Of a DNA stretch of 16,020 bases, positions 7,842-16,020 are shown piece by piece. The notes beneath the pieces were generated by a model. That model searched no databases, was not told the DNA's origin, and worked only from the letters and a program-made list of their open reading frames with translations. The DNA is from a virus: UHGV virus genome UHGV-0044882; one strand, 5' to 3'. Positions within the stretch are counted from its first letter, which is position 1. The number at the start of each line of letters is the position of its first letter. Both the position numbers and the translations under genes were made by a program.

Positions 7842-8744
7842 TCAGCGGATCTGCGTGGCCAGAATATCACTGAACCAGTCGATAAAGACGCGCACTTTTG
7901 GAGAAAGGTAGCGCCTGTCGGGATACATCACTGACACGGGCTTTGACACCGATGGGTATTGCGGCAGAATCTCTTCAAGAGCGCCGGAAGCAATATGGGG
8001 AGCAACGGCATCATAGGTAGCCTGGATAATGCCCAGACCAGCCAGAGCACAAGAAAGCAGAATATCGGAATTATCAACCAGCAGGCTGCCCGCAGGACGT
8101 AGCGAAACAATGCTCCCGTCTTCGATAAACTTCCATTCCATGACGTCACGACTGTGGTCGCTAAAAAAGTTAATTGCCCGATGTTTATCCAGATCCGCAA
8201 GTGTTTCTGGCCGCTCATGCTGCTGCAGGTAAGACGGGGCTGCACAGGTAACCATCCGGATGTCACCAAGACGTCTGGATATAAAACTAGAATCTTGAAG
8301 CGCCCCCAGGCGGACAAGGCAATCTACGCCTTCCGTAATCAAATCAGTTTTTTTATCGGAAGAAACCAGCACAACTTCAATACCTGGATACAGTGCCTGA
8401 AAATGCCTGAGATTAGGGATCAATATGGAATGCGCCAGCGCCAGGGGCACATCAAGTCTCAGGCGTCCTCGCGGTGGAAGTGTCGGTGAAAAACTGGCCA
8501 TCATGTCATTAACTTCGGCCAGAACATGCCTAGCATGATGATAGAACTCATCCCCTTCAGCAGTAACGCTCAGCTTTCGGGTTGTGCGATAAATGAGTTT
8601 TACACCCAGATCATGCTCTATCTGCTGTATCGCTTTGCTCACAGTGGGGCGATGAATCTGAAGTACATCAGCAGCTTTCGTGAAGCTACCCTGCTCAACA
8701 ACCTGTATGAAAATATTTAGGTATTCAATCATGTTGGCATGCAC
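7842..8744 (-). CDS. LysR-family transcriptional regulator (LTTR)
   Basis: About 300 aa. N-terminal HTH signature VVEQGSFTKAADVL..PTVSKAIQQIEHDLGVKLIYRTTRKLSVTAEG followed by a co-inducer domain. Start is GTG 8744 (AGGTGA 5 nt upstream) or ATG 8732. Confidence 0.85.
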   Translation of the reverse strand: MHANMIEYLNIFIQVVEQGSFTKAADVLQIHRPTVSKAIQQIEHDLGVKLIYRTTRKLSVTAEGDEFYHHARHVLAEVNDMMASFSPTLPPRGRLRLDVPLALAHSILIPNLRHFQALYPGIEVVLVSSDKKTDLITEGVDCLVRLGALQDSSFISRRLGDIRMVTCAAPSYLQQHERPETLADLDKHRAINFFSDHSRDVMEWKFIEDGSIVSLRPAGSLLVDNSDILLSCALAGLGIIQATYDAVAPHIASGALEEILPQYPSVSKPVSVMYPDRRYLSPKVRVFIDWFSDILATQIR

Positions 8745-8966
8745 GTGCTCACCTGTTTTGTAGGCTGTTCAAAACCGACATTGTAAAGTAAACCATCCCA
8801 ACGACATTATTTCTTTTCGTTCAGATAAGGGCTTTCTGACTGTCACAATGTCCACTTCTGGCACAAAGCGGACGACCATTTTCAAATGGCCGTCGCATCT
8901 AACACCTCGTTTCACTCATTGTTCAACCTTACCCCCATCAGAAGGAATTCTTTCGGGGGCAACGTT

Positions 8967-9200
8967 TCAGTGTAACCAGCTGTCGTCTTCCCAGACCTGC
9001 TGCAGAATTTCCATTACACGTTCCTTATCTTCAGCCTGTCTTACCCCGCTAAGTTCAATACCATTGGCGCTGCCCTTGCGGATTCGGATAGCTGTTTTTG
9101 GGTAGAGGGGGCGCAAATTTCGGTAAAGCTCGGATTCAAGTGCTTCTAAAAGCACCTGGCTAATTTTCTGCTCTTTATCGATCATTATTTCAATGCGCAT
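8967..9200 (-). CDS. DinI-family protein
   Basis: 77 aa from ATG 9200 (MRIEIMIDK..). Aligns by eye with E. coli DinI along its length, including the C-terminal EILQQVWEDDSW versus DinI EILQETWESADDW. SD AGGGGA upstream. The track ORF extends to 9245, but the internal ATG fits the family. Confidence 0.8.
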   Translation of the reverse strand: MRIEIMIDKEQKISQVLLEALESELYRNLRPLYPKTAIRIRKGSANGIELSGVRQAEDKERVMEILQQVWEDDSWLH

Positions 9201-9210
9201 AGATTTTCCC

Positions 9211-9399
9211 CTAACAGGTAACGTCCATTGTTCGGCTGTATTCATGGTTGCGGATTTTCGCCATCAGCTCGTCAGTCAGCTCGGAAACCCACTGGATGGC
9301 CAGCCCCTTCTCTTCATCACTACACTCACTAGCCGCTACAAGCTTAAGAAAAAAATCAATGCGCTGGAGCTTCAAAGACTCCAAAAAATAGTCCTGCAT
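9211..9399 (-). CDS. Small SOS-regulated protein; possible Tum-like antirepressor N-terminal module
   Basis: 62 aa, ATG 9399..9397 with strong SD AGGAGG 5 nt upstream. Lies directly downstream of a LexA operator; stop TAG is 10 nt before the DinI-like ATG. Function inferred from position only. Confidence 0.5.
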   Translation of the reverse strand: MQDYFLESLKLQRIDFFLKLVAASECSDEEKGLAIQWVSELTDELMAKIRNHEYSRTMDVTC

Positions 9400-9425
9400 C
9401 TTTCCTCCTATGACACCAAAACAAT

Positions 9426-9459
9426 ACTGTATATATAATCACTGTTTATATTTACAGTA
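9426..9459. promoter_or_regulatory. LexA operator (SOS box): one perfect box plus an overlapping imperfect box
   Basis: 9442..9457 ctgtttatatttacag is a perfect CTGT-N8-ACAG. 9426..9445 tactgtatatataatcactg matches the left half of the consensus, with the right half CAC instead of CAG. Confidence 0.7.
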
Positions 9460-9482
9460 TATAATAATCTTACTGATGTAAA
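9456..9482 (-). promoter_or_regulatory. Candidate sigma70 promoter of the SOS operon, overlapped by the LexA box
   Basis: Minus strand: -35 TTTACA (9482..9477), 15-nt spacer, -10 TATACT (9461..9456), with the -10 overlapping the CTGT of the perfect LexA box. Spacer is short, so the assignment is approximate. Confidence 0.4.
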
Positions 9483-9551
9483 ACGTTTTTTTACGTTCAT
9501 CAGCCTGATATGCCTGGTATTATTAAGAGCACGAATTGTTAACCCGCGTAA

Positions 9552-11972
9552 TTAATACAGCTCCCGCCACTTATCATCTTCCTGCAAACGCTGGTTCCGA
9601 TAGAAGATACGCAGGCCTGCTCCTGACGGAATACTGCCGCCGCAAAGGAGTAAATCGACTTCTTTCTCGCTGCCATCAAATCCTCTGGACTTCAGTTCAT
9701 AGACGAGCTGCTGTCGCTGATGGTCTGTAATTCGCTGTTTGTAGTCTTTACGCCGTTTCGGTTTCACCTGGCGTAACCTTGCAGCCAGTTCCCGGCGCTC
9801 TTTTTTGCTCATACTGTGCAGGTAATCGTGCAACTCCTTGTCATCCATGCGGGTAATGTCCGTTCTGGTATCCCCATCAGCTGATTTGTCGTTCCCTTGT
9901 TGGCTCAAATTTTCAGCAAGGGGACAGTTATTGCCACGAGTCCGAGTCCAAGGGGCGCAAGCGCCCTGGTCGGCTGCCGCCTCCTGAACGTCAACGGCCT
10001 TACGAACCATTTTCCACTTCACGGCATGAGTGCAGATCTTGCCCTCTGCAATAGGTGACCAGATGCCATAAATACGAATGCCGTGATCGCCATAGACGGT
10101 CGGCTCTTCGTTGATTTCATAAGCAGTTCTGATGAGGTGATATTTGCGGGGAACCAGTACGCCACCCTGCTTCATGATGTAGGTGGCAAAACAACCAGCA
10201 TCAGCAGCAGCCAGAATGGCATCAAGGCGCGGGTTATCCAGTACCGGCGCACCTGCTTTTTTGTCCCCCTGTTGCCTTGCCGCCTGACCAGCCAGCAATC
10301 GCAGTTCACGGTAAGCCTGACGCCCCGGAATGCCAAAGAAGCGGAATTGCTGAACACGATGCAGAGACGCCCAGGCATTAACGTATTCAGCATTCTCACG
10401 CAGGGATTTCCCCGTTTCCTTGCTGATCTCGCCAGCCAGACCACGCCCGTCAATGTTCTTACTGATGTATTTCGCGATGTAGCTTGTTGGCGTACCTTTG
10501 CGCGGGTTAATCAACTCAGACTTAAAGCGCGGCCCAGTGTTATTGCCCAGCTCCTCGCGGTCTTCACGGATGGCAAACTTACGCAGTAATGCAGTGATGG
10601 TGCGGCGGTCTTTTTTGCGCATAAAACACAACAGGTGCCAGTGAACTGTACCGTCATGATGCGGCTCAGCCACCCGCACGCCATACCACCGCAATCCGGC
10701 TTTGTGCATCGCCTTACGAAATGCAGCAAACATGCCGACCAGATAATCACTGCTTTGTCTTACCGTCGCATTTGTCCAGGTTGGGTTGGGCCTGCCGTTA
10801 TTTAGCGTGGAATGGAAACGTGACGGACAGGTGATGGTGTAGAAAACGGCGCAGTCACCGCGCATTTCCGCGATAAGCTCCAGACCTTTAACACAGGCCA
10901 TCATCTCATTGCGGCGATGCGCCGGGTTGCTGCTGCTGGCGTTTACCACATCCTCCATGTCCAGCGTGTCGCCCTCTTCGTTCACCAGTTCATGAGAACG
11001 GAAAAACTCCAGCGACTTACGGCGCTGCTCACGTTTATGCATCACGGCTTCATAGCTGACATAAGGAGATGCTTTTTTGCTGACAAGGCAGACTGCACGC
11101 AACTGCTCTTCCCGCCATTCGCAACGCATCTTCCATAATTTCCGATACCACCAATCGGCGCACAACATACGCGCCAGCGAACCCGGAATGAGTTCATAGG
11201 GCACGGGTTTACGGCGGTTTCTTTTCCGACGGAGTTGCTCAAACGCAGGCGGGATGACATCCAGACGCAGGGTTTCCGCTGCCACCCTTTCCCATGTATT
11301 GCGGATTTCTTCTGGCTTAACGTCATCGGTGGCATACAAATCGCCACAAGCGGCATCAAGGCACATACTCATATGCGCAGCTACCAGGGTGGACAGGCGT
11401 TTCACCTGATCCTGACTCATTTCAGGCAGGATCAGCAGGCCGTCCAGCCCTTCATGGCTTGCCATAAAGCGAAAAGATGCAGATAGCTGACTGTCGCGTA
11501 CATGCTCCAGTCGTTCCAGACATGGCTTAATCGTCTCACGTAAATAGCGGGAATAAGCCTTTGGCCTGCCCAGGCTGCTGAAGTATTCAATACGTTGCAT
11601 CAGCGGCTTGCTGATATGGGAAGGCTGGGCGTTGACGTCCGCCAGAATGACCATATCCGGATTAAAACGCTGCTGCTCATGCGCCAGCTTTGCCCGACTA
11701 ATGAGCTTATCCTGTTCCATTTCGCGCTGGACAGGATCACGGGATTCATTAAAGAAATAACGCTCCCAGACCTGATCACTCAGCGCCTCACGGCGCAGCT
11801 GTTCCTGCTCGTTATCGGCAGCGTACAGAGTGATCAGGTTTGAAAGCGTAGAAACCGGCGCAACTTCCACCGGGTCCAGATAAGGGTTAATGGCCTTTTT
11901 CGGGCTGTTCCATGAGAACGATGCGGCAGCTTCGTTAAAGCCGCAGCAGTTGTTCATATCGGCATGACTCAT
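9552..11972 (-). CDS. A: Replication initiation protein gpA (rolling-circle nicking endonuclease)
   Basis: 806 aa at the position of P2/186 gene A. Contains a paired-tyrosine segment YIAKYISKN of the kind found in gpA-type initiators. ATG 11972 overlaps the Dam stop. Confidence 0.85.
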   Translation of the reverse strand: MSHADMNNCCGFNEAAASFSWNSPKKAINPYLDPVEVAPVSTLSNLITLYAADNEQEQLRREALSDQVWERYFFNESRDPVQREMEQDKLISRAKLAHEQQRFNPDMVILADVNAQPSHISKPLMQRIEYFSSLGRPKAYSRYLRETIKPCLERLEHVRDSQLSASFRFMASHEGLDGLLILPEMSQDQVKRLSTLVAAHMSMCLDAACGDLYATDDVKPEEIRNTWERVAAETLRLDVIPPAFEQLRRKRNRRKPVPYELIPGSLARMLCADWWYRKLWKMRCEWREEQLRAVCLVSKKASPYVSYEAVMHKREQRRKSLEFFRSHELVNEEGDTLDMEDVVNASSSNPAHRRNEMMACVKGLELIAEMRGDCAVFYTITCPSRFHSTLNNGRPNPTWTNATVRQSSDYLVGMFAAFRKAMHKAGLRWYGVRVAEPHHDGTVHWHLLCFMRKKDRRTITALLRKFAIREDREELGNNTGPRFKSELINPRKGTPTSYIAKYISKNIDGRGLAGEISKETGKSLRENAEYVNAWASLHRVQQFRFFGIPGRQAYRELRLLAGQAARQQGDKKAGAPVLDNPRLDAILAAADAGCFATYIMKQGGVLVPRKYHLIRTAYEINEEPTVYGDHGIRIYGIWSPIAEGKICTHAVKWKMVRKAVDVQEAAADQGACAPWTRTRGNNCPLAENLSQQGNDKSADGDTRTDITRMDDKELHDYLHSMSKKERRELAARLRQVKPKRRKDYKQRITDHQRQQLVYELKSRGFDGSEKEVDLLLCGGSIPSGAGLRIFYRNQRLQEDDKWRELY

Positions 11973-12826
11973 GCACGTACTCCGTACACGGCAGAACTAT
12001 CCACGCCACGCGAATAATCAAATCCCACCCAGCAGCGCGGCCCGGAAACAGCAATGATTTCTGTTGCTGATTTACCCTCGCCAGCTGCCACACCGATGCT
12101 GCGTTTTGCCTTGATGTAGTGGTGAGTAAAATTGCGATACAGCGAACGGATCAGGGATGTGTCACTGTTAGAAACAATGACCGGATGTCCTTCTGATGAC
12201 CGATGTTCAAGAACAGATGCCAGGTGATACTGGTCATCTTCAGTGAAGCCGTCAGTGTGATAGCCGGAAAACGTACCGTCATACGGCGGATCGCAATACA
12301 CCACATCCCCCGCCTTCAACATCGCCAGCGTTTCATCAAAGCTGGCGCAGATAAACGTTGCTCGCTGGGCCTTTTCTGCAAATGCGCGAATTTCTTTTTC
12401 AGGGAAATACGGATTTTTATAATTACCGTAGGGAATGTTGAAATGCCCGCTCTTGTTATAGCGACATAAACCACGGTAACCGTGACGATTGAGATACAGG
12501 AAATATACCGCTTTCATGAAATCAGTAATTTCAGTGGAGTAATTAAACTCCTGCCTTATGTTGTAATAAGCCACCTCCCTGTTTGCGATCTCAAATAAAA
12601 CTCTGGCGCGAGATATAAACGATTCACAATCAGCGGCAACCTTTTTATAGAGGTTTATTAAATCAGGATTAATATCCGCAACCAGATAGCTGGGGTAATC
12701 CGTCTCCATCATCACAGCACAGGAACCCGCGAAAGGTTCAACCAGTCGCGGGCCAGCAGGAAGGTGTTTTTTCAGTTCGGACATAATGGCGGTTTTATTT
12801 CCCGCCCATTTCAGGATGGTGCTCAT
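11969..12826 (-). CDS. dam: Dam-type DNA N6-adenine methyltransferase (orphan)
   Basis: 285 aa from ATG 12826 (the track ORF starts 20 codons upstream). Motifs [16 protein letters not shown] (AdoMet site), [15 protein letters not shown] and catalytic DPPY align with E. coli Dam as recalled. GGAGGTG SD upstream. Confidence 0.9.
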   Translation of the reverse strand: MSTILKWAGNKTAIMSELKKHLPAGPRLVEPFAGSCAVMMETDYPSYLVADINPDLINLYKKVAADCESFISRARVLFEIANREVAYYNIRQEFNYSTEITDFMKAVYFLYLNRHGYRGLCRYNKSGHFNIPYGNYKNPYFPEKEIRAFAEKAQRATFICASFDETLAMLKAGDVVYCDPPYDGTFSGYHTDGFTEDDQYHLASVLEHRSSEGHPVIVSNSDTSLIRSLYRNFTHHYIKAKRSIGVAAGEGKSATEIIAVSGPRCWVGFDYSRGVDSSAVYGVRA

Positions 12827-13050
12827 ACAGCACCTCCGTTGTAATGTTTGCCTTTCAGCTCTGCGATTTCCTGGCAGGTAATGCAAAGATGCACTCCCGG
12901 AATGGCGCGGCGTCGTGCTGGCGGAATTGGCGCTTCACATTCAATACAAAGCACGCGAGACACGCCCGGTGTTTTGGCACGGGCAGCACGAATATGGCGC
13001 TGGCGTTCTTCTTCAACGCGCTGCTGTACGAGATCCATTGCATCAGCCAT
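12823..13050 (-). CDS. TraR/DksA-family C4-type zinc-finger protein
   Basis: 75 aa with CIECEAPIP and CITCQ (CxxC-N17-CxxC), typical of phage and plasmid TraR-like proteins. Stop overlaps the Dam ATG; start overlaps the stop of the upstream ORF. Confidence 0.75.
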   Translation of the reverse strand: MADAMDLVQQRVEEERQRHIRAARAKTPGVSRVLCIECEAPIPPARRRAIPGVHLCITCQEIAELKGKHYNGGAV

Positions 13051-13283
13051 TAGTGGATCTCCTGCGCTTCGTTCTGGATTGCTTCAGCAGTTACACGCAG
13101 TAGTTCTGCCGCTTCGACGTGGTTTAGCTGGCGGGATGTGATATGACACGCCAGGCTATCAAGGCGAGCTGCCATTGCTTCTGCCCTTGCCCGGCGTTCT
13201 TCCAGACGAGCCTCTGTCAGTAAAATATTAAGCCCTGCGTCATCCGGTCCGGTTTTAGTCGTGAGGGTTTCAATATTACGCAT
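13050..13283 (-). CDS. Hypothetical early-operon protein
   Basis: 77 aa from ATG 13283 (track TTG at 13289), SD AGGAGA 8 nt upstream. Stop overlaps the TraR-like start. No recognisable motif. Confidence 0.5.
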   Translation of the reverse strand: MRNIETLTTKTGPDDAGLNILLTEARLEERRARAEAMAARLDSLACHITSRQLNHVEAAELLRVTAEAIQNEAQEIH

Positions 13284-13350
13284 AATCAATTCTCCTGAAT
13301 TTAGATAAAGGGATGTCCGGCGGGTTTACGCCATTAATTTCATTAGTTGG

Positions 13351-13692
13351 TTAATTCGGCATGGTTAGCCGTCTGGGAAATAAGCTCACCACTGCACGAA
13401 AATGATTCATTGCTTTAATCAGCTCCCGCTTTTCGTCAGTGGTCAGCTCATTAATGCTGATGCTATGACGTTCAGCTGGAATTTTTGCCATAAAGAATAT
13501 GGCAGCCAGTGCCCGTTTATTTTGTTCATTATTGATATCCCGTGGATCACGCATATCTTTAATAAACCGCTCAAGCTCTGACTCAATATTCAGGCCAAAA
13601 ACTTTCGCCCTTAACTCCGCAATGTGATTAAGTCCATTCAGGCGTTCACCGGGGCTTAATGGAACAGTTGCTGCAGCGCCATTAATTGCCAT
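13351..13692 (-). CDS. Hypothetical early-operon protein
   Basis: 113 aa, ATG 13692 with a G-rich SD upstream. No recognisable motif. Confidence 0.5.
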   Translation of the reverse strand: MAINGAAATVPLSPGERLNGLNHIAELRAKVFGLNIESELERFIKDMRDPRDINNEQNKRALAAIFFMAKIPAERHSISINELTTDEKRELIKAMNHFRAVVSLFPRRLTMPN

Positions 13693-13714
13693 ACTTCATA
13701 TCCCCCAAACGCAG

Positions 13715-13939
13715 CTATCGTTCTTTGTTCTTACGGTAACGCTCAAGAGGAGATACATTTTTTCGTATCGTCTCTTTAACCTGCTCTCCCCGTAAAAACG
13801 TCCCATCCTTTAACGTGAAAAAGTAACTGCCATCGCCCGACAATGACGGATAGCAACAGAGCAAATCATCTTCAGGTACTGAATAACTCTCCCCTCTGTA
13901 ACGAAACTGATAAACCACTTCACTTTCTGCCGCATACAT
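13715..13939 (-). CDS. Hypothetical small protein
   Basis: 74 aa, ATG 13939 with SD GGAGAAA about 7 nt upstream. Its 5' part overlaps the ORF 13810..14106 in another frame. Confidence 0.45.
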   Translation of the reverse strand: MYAAESEVVYQFRYRGESYSVPEDDLLCCYPSLSGDGSYFFTLKDGTFLRGEQVKETIRKNVSPLERYRKNKER

Positions 13940-14106
13940 TTGGACTTTCTCCGTTTCCTCGTGGTCAATTCAGACAGCAATTCATCTTGTGAATGACATG
14001 GATGCCAGCGTTTTCCATCCTCACCCGTGATCCAGCCGTGACCGTAGTGCATTGCCGGACTTTGTTTTACCAGCAGCGATGCAAATGATGGTTCTTTCGT
14101 AAGCAT
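13810..14106 (-). CDS. Hypothetical small protein; 3' portion overlaps the next ORF
   Basis: 98 aa from ATG 14106 with SD GAGGTG 4 to 5 nt upstream, starting right after the cII-like stop. The last ~130 nt overlap ORF 13715..13939, so the true end is uncertain. Confidence 0.35.
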   Translation of the reverse strand: MLTKEPSFASLLVKQSPAMHYGHGWITGEDGKRWHPCHSQDELLSELTTRKRRKSKCMRQKVKWFISFVTEGRVIQYLKMICSVAIRHCRAMAVTFSR

Positions 14107-14113
14107 AAGCACC

Positions 14114-14623
14114 TCACAGCAAACCGAATGAAGCACCAAGACCAGTCATGGTATCAACTGCACTCGCCATCGCAGGATTAGCCTGTAAACGGGCCTGTAA
14201 TGAAACAGCAGCCAGCGCCATCAGTCGTGTAACAGAGTTAATGCTGCTGATCGCATCACGACGGCCTGCACTGGTTTTTACATCGCCAGAAACCGCACCT
14301 GCCGCGACACGTCCTATCTCTGCAGTTGCACTCATGACGTAATGCGGCAGTTTCTCTTTTGCTACCTCATTAATCGGTACACATGGCAGGCAGTGAATCT
14401 GTGCCAGAAAACCATCTACCAGCGTTGAATCTTCAGTCAGATCGGTAAGCAACCAAATTTCTGGTGCGGTTAATAAATGAGGTTGAGCTGGGTTCAGTTT
14501 GTTCCGCAGAATCTGCACATTCATGCCTGCACGTTCTGCCAGTTGCACCAGATTGTGGCGCAGTGCGAATGCACGACAGGCTTCATCAAAATGTGGATGT
14601 TTGGAAACTTGGTAATCAAACAT
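14114..14623 (-). CDS. CII-like lysogeny-establishment activator (186 CII family); alternatively a P2 B-like early protein
   Basis: 169 aa from ATG 14623 (track TTG at 14632), GGAG upstream. Second gene of the early rightward-type operon, directly after the Apl/Cox-like gene, as cII is in 186; length equals the 186 CII length as I recall it. Confidence 0.6.
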   Translation of the reverse strand: MFDYQVSKHPHFDEACRAFALRHNLVQLAERAGMNVQILRNKLNPAQPHLLTAPEIWLLTDLTEDSTLVDGFLAQIHCLPCVPINEVAKEKLPHYVMSATAEIGRVAAGAVSGDVKTSAGRRDAISSINSVTRLMALAAVSLQARLQANPAMASAVDTMTGLGASFGLL

Positions 14624-14687
14624 GGTTTTCAACTCCGAACTTATCGCAAAATCGAACTCAGCGTCTTATTGCGAAAATAGACGTCTA

Positions 14688-14891
14688 TTAAGCAGACAAA
14701 GCATCAACAGTCAGAGCAGCCAGGTTAATCATTACCTTTTCACGTTTTTTGTCTTTACGAAGACGATGACGAGGTAGTCGGCCATCAGCCAACATGTCGT
14801 TAATCGTATCAATAGAAAGGCCAGTCAGTTCGCTATAACGTTCGATTGTGACATGTGGTGTATTCAGAGTAATTGAAATGTTAGGTGTCAT
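14688..14891 (-). CDS. Apl/Cox-like excisionase and transcriptional regulator
   Basis: 67 aa with an HTH-like segment [24 protein letters not shown] resembling the P2 Cox DNA-binding region. First gene of the early operon, divergent in position from the repressor gene. Confidence 0.65.
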   Translation of the reverse strand: MTPNISITLNTPHVTIERYSELTGLSIDTINDMLADGRLPRHRLRKDKKREKVMINLAALTVDALSA

Positions 14892-14974
14892 AAGGCAACA
14901 TTCCTTCTAGATATGGCTTGTGGCGAGCCGTTGTTTGTCGTGATTAGTAGTGAAGGCTCCAAAAGAACACTTCT

Positions 14975-15009
14975 GGTTCAACTTTAAGATCGCTTTTGGA
15001 ATCTGTCAA
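14975..15009 (-). promoter_or_regulatory. Candidate early lytic promoter (pR/Pe equivalent)
   Basis: Minus strand: -35 TTGACA (15009..15004), 17-nt spacer, -10 TAAAGT (14986..14981). Sits 28 bp upstream of the cI start and points toward apl, as in the 186 face-to-face switch. Confidence 0.4.
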
Positions 15010-15036
15010 CGAATTTTGGATTTCTTTGGAGGACTT

Positions 15037-15606
15037 GTGGATTTCAATAGCGGCGGTAAGAAAGCCATAGAACGTTTAGTTGAAGCATATGGGTTCGGTA
15101 CCCGTCAGGCTCTCTGTGATCATTTAGGTGTTTCTAAGAGCACCATGGCAACGCGCTATATGCGTGATATTTTTCCAGCAGATTGGGTAATCCAGTGCGC
15201 CCTTGAAACGGGCACCTCGCTTAATTGGCTAACAACAGGGCATGGTTCAAAGCAAGCATCAGCAAATACAAATACTATGGAAGTTGCTAAATATGTATTA
15301 TCTGATGGGGCCTTGTGTGAAGACGGTTTTTATATTTTCGATAGGGAATTTCTACCGTCGGCATTCAAGAATATTTTTGCAATCACAGATAATAATTCTG
15401 AATTTATTTGTGATAAGGAATTTGATGATATACGTGATGGTAAATGGGTAATAAGTATTGATGGCGAAATAACGATCCGTGACATTACTCGTTTACCCGG
15501 TGGAAGAATCTTCGTCGAGGGTGGAAACAGAGCCTTCGAATGCAAGATAGAAGACATTGAAATAATTGGTAAAATTATAAGTTTAACAGTCAAGTATGTT
15601 AAATAG
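15037..15606 (+). CDS. cI: CI-type immunity repressor (186 CI family)
   Basis: 189 aa from GTG 15037 with GGAGGA 4 nt upstream (the longest ORF starts at GTG 14950). N-terminal HTH region [23 protein letters not shown] and a C-terminal oligomerisation-type domain. Length is close to 186 CI (192 aa). Confidence 0.72.
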   Translation: MDFNSGGKKAIERLVEAYGFGTRQALCDHLGVSKSTMATRYMRDIFPADWVIQCALETGTSLNWLTTGHGSKQASANTNTMEVAKYVLSDGALCEDGFYIFDREFLPSAFKNIFAITDNNSEFICDKEFDDIRDGKWVISIDGEITIRDITRLPGGRIFVEGGNRAFECKIEDIEIIGKIISLTVKYVK

Positions 15607-15622
15607 TACCGGGAGGAAAACT

Positions 15623-15814
15623 ATGCTTGGTAAGGTATTTTTTGTGGTTTTGTCATGTTCTTTGTTATTAAACCCACTAACTACCTATGCTAGAAATTAT
15701 CCCTGTTCAGGGAAAAAGGGAGGTGTTTCTCACTGTACCTCAGATGGCAAATTTGTTTGCAATGATGGAACTATTAGTAAATCCAAAAAAATCTGTACTA
15801 AAAACTCACGATAA
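15623..15814 (+). CDS. Small secreted Cys- and Lys-rich peptide (predicted signal peptide)
   Basis: 63 aa from ATG 15623 with GGAGGA upstream. Hydrophobic N-terminus [23 protein letters not shown], then a roughly 40-aa mature part with 4 Cys. AT-rich. It lies where int directly follows cI in 186. Confidence 0.45.
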   Translation: MLGKVFFVVLSCSLLLNPLTTYARNYPCSGKKGGVSHCTSDGKFVCNDGTISKSKKICTKNSR

Positions 15815-16020
15815 CTTTTGCTTTTATATCTGCGCCTAAAATAAAAATGAGCCGCAGGTTAACCGCAAAAATTACATGCTCACATAGCAAAAAGAATAGC
15901 CAACTTAATTATGGCTTCAGTGAGATGTATGGTCGTAGGATTTCATACATTGACACTGGTTATACATGGGTCTTCCCCGATCATGGTGGGAAGGCTCAGA
16001 ACTCCATATTCAGCTTACCG

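Larger units (their letters stand above)
1..16020. mobile_element. Segment of a P2/186-like (Peduovirus-type) prophage; neither attachment site nor integrase is visible in the window
   Basis: Gene content and order match P2/186 from memory: N-O divergent from P-Q, cos-like motif, A replication gene, cII/apl/cI switch, LexA-controlled DinI-like module. Established knowledge of P2/186 maps plus ORF translations. Confidence 0.88.

Noticed and set aside
6794-8489. Multiple ORFs antisense or out of frame within the oxidoreductase and LysR genes
   Set aside because: Overlap two genes with clear family signatures; none has a convincing start context.
8933-8959. Hairpin cccccatcagaaggaattctttcggggg just downstream of the DinI-like gene
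   Set aside because: Could be a terminator, but no T-run follows on the relevant strand; left uncalled.
8848-9105. 85-aa plus-strand ORF overlapping the DinI-like gene
   Set aside because: Antisense to the DinI-like gene, which has a clear family match.
9473-9503. Hairpin ctgatg..catcag between gene A and the SOS promoter
   Set aside because: Possible terminator for the A operon, but it overlaps the candidate -35 of the SOS promoter and has a bulged stem; too ambiguous.
10083-11843. ORFs antisense or out of frame inside replication gene A
   Set aside because: Embedded in a long, confidently assigned gene.
15847-16020. Open reading frame from ATG 15847 running off the right edge
   Set aside because: No SD, and the translation does not resemble a P2/186 integrase N-terminus; cannot be judged from about 58 codons.
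1-16020. CRISPR arrays, tRNA or rRNA genes, IS elements and attachment sites
   Set aside because: No regularly spaced direct repeats, no tRNA-like cloverleaf candidates, and no transposase-like ORF or terminal inverted repeats were seen. Prophage ends are not in the window.

Overview
The whole window reads as one segment of an integrated P2/186-family temperate prophage in a gammaproteobacterial host (enterobacterial-type LexA box). Left to right: capsid gene N (partial) and scaffold gene O on the minus strand, divergent terminase P and portal Q on the plus strand, then an AT-rich three-gene minus-strand operon (3955..6173) with no recognisable homology, sitting between Q and a cos-like site (~6333..6351). 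Beyond cos lie a cargo MDR oxidoreductase and LysR regulator, a LexA-controlled small ORF plus DinI-like gene (186 tum-operon position), replication initiator A preceded by translationally coupled Dam methylase and TraR-like zinc-finger genes, small early ORFs, CII-like and Apl/Cox-like genes, a 186-type CI repressor and a small secreted peptide gene. The most interesting object is the three-gene operon, a candidate uncharacterised anti-phage defence (or abortive-infection) system in a prophage cargo hotspot. All identifications rest on reading the translations and DNA by eye and on family sequences quoted from memory; no database search was run. The ORF track uses GTG/TTG as starts, so several starts were re-assigned to the nearest ATG with a Shine-Dalgarno sequence.
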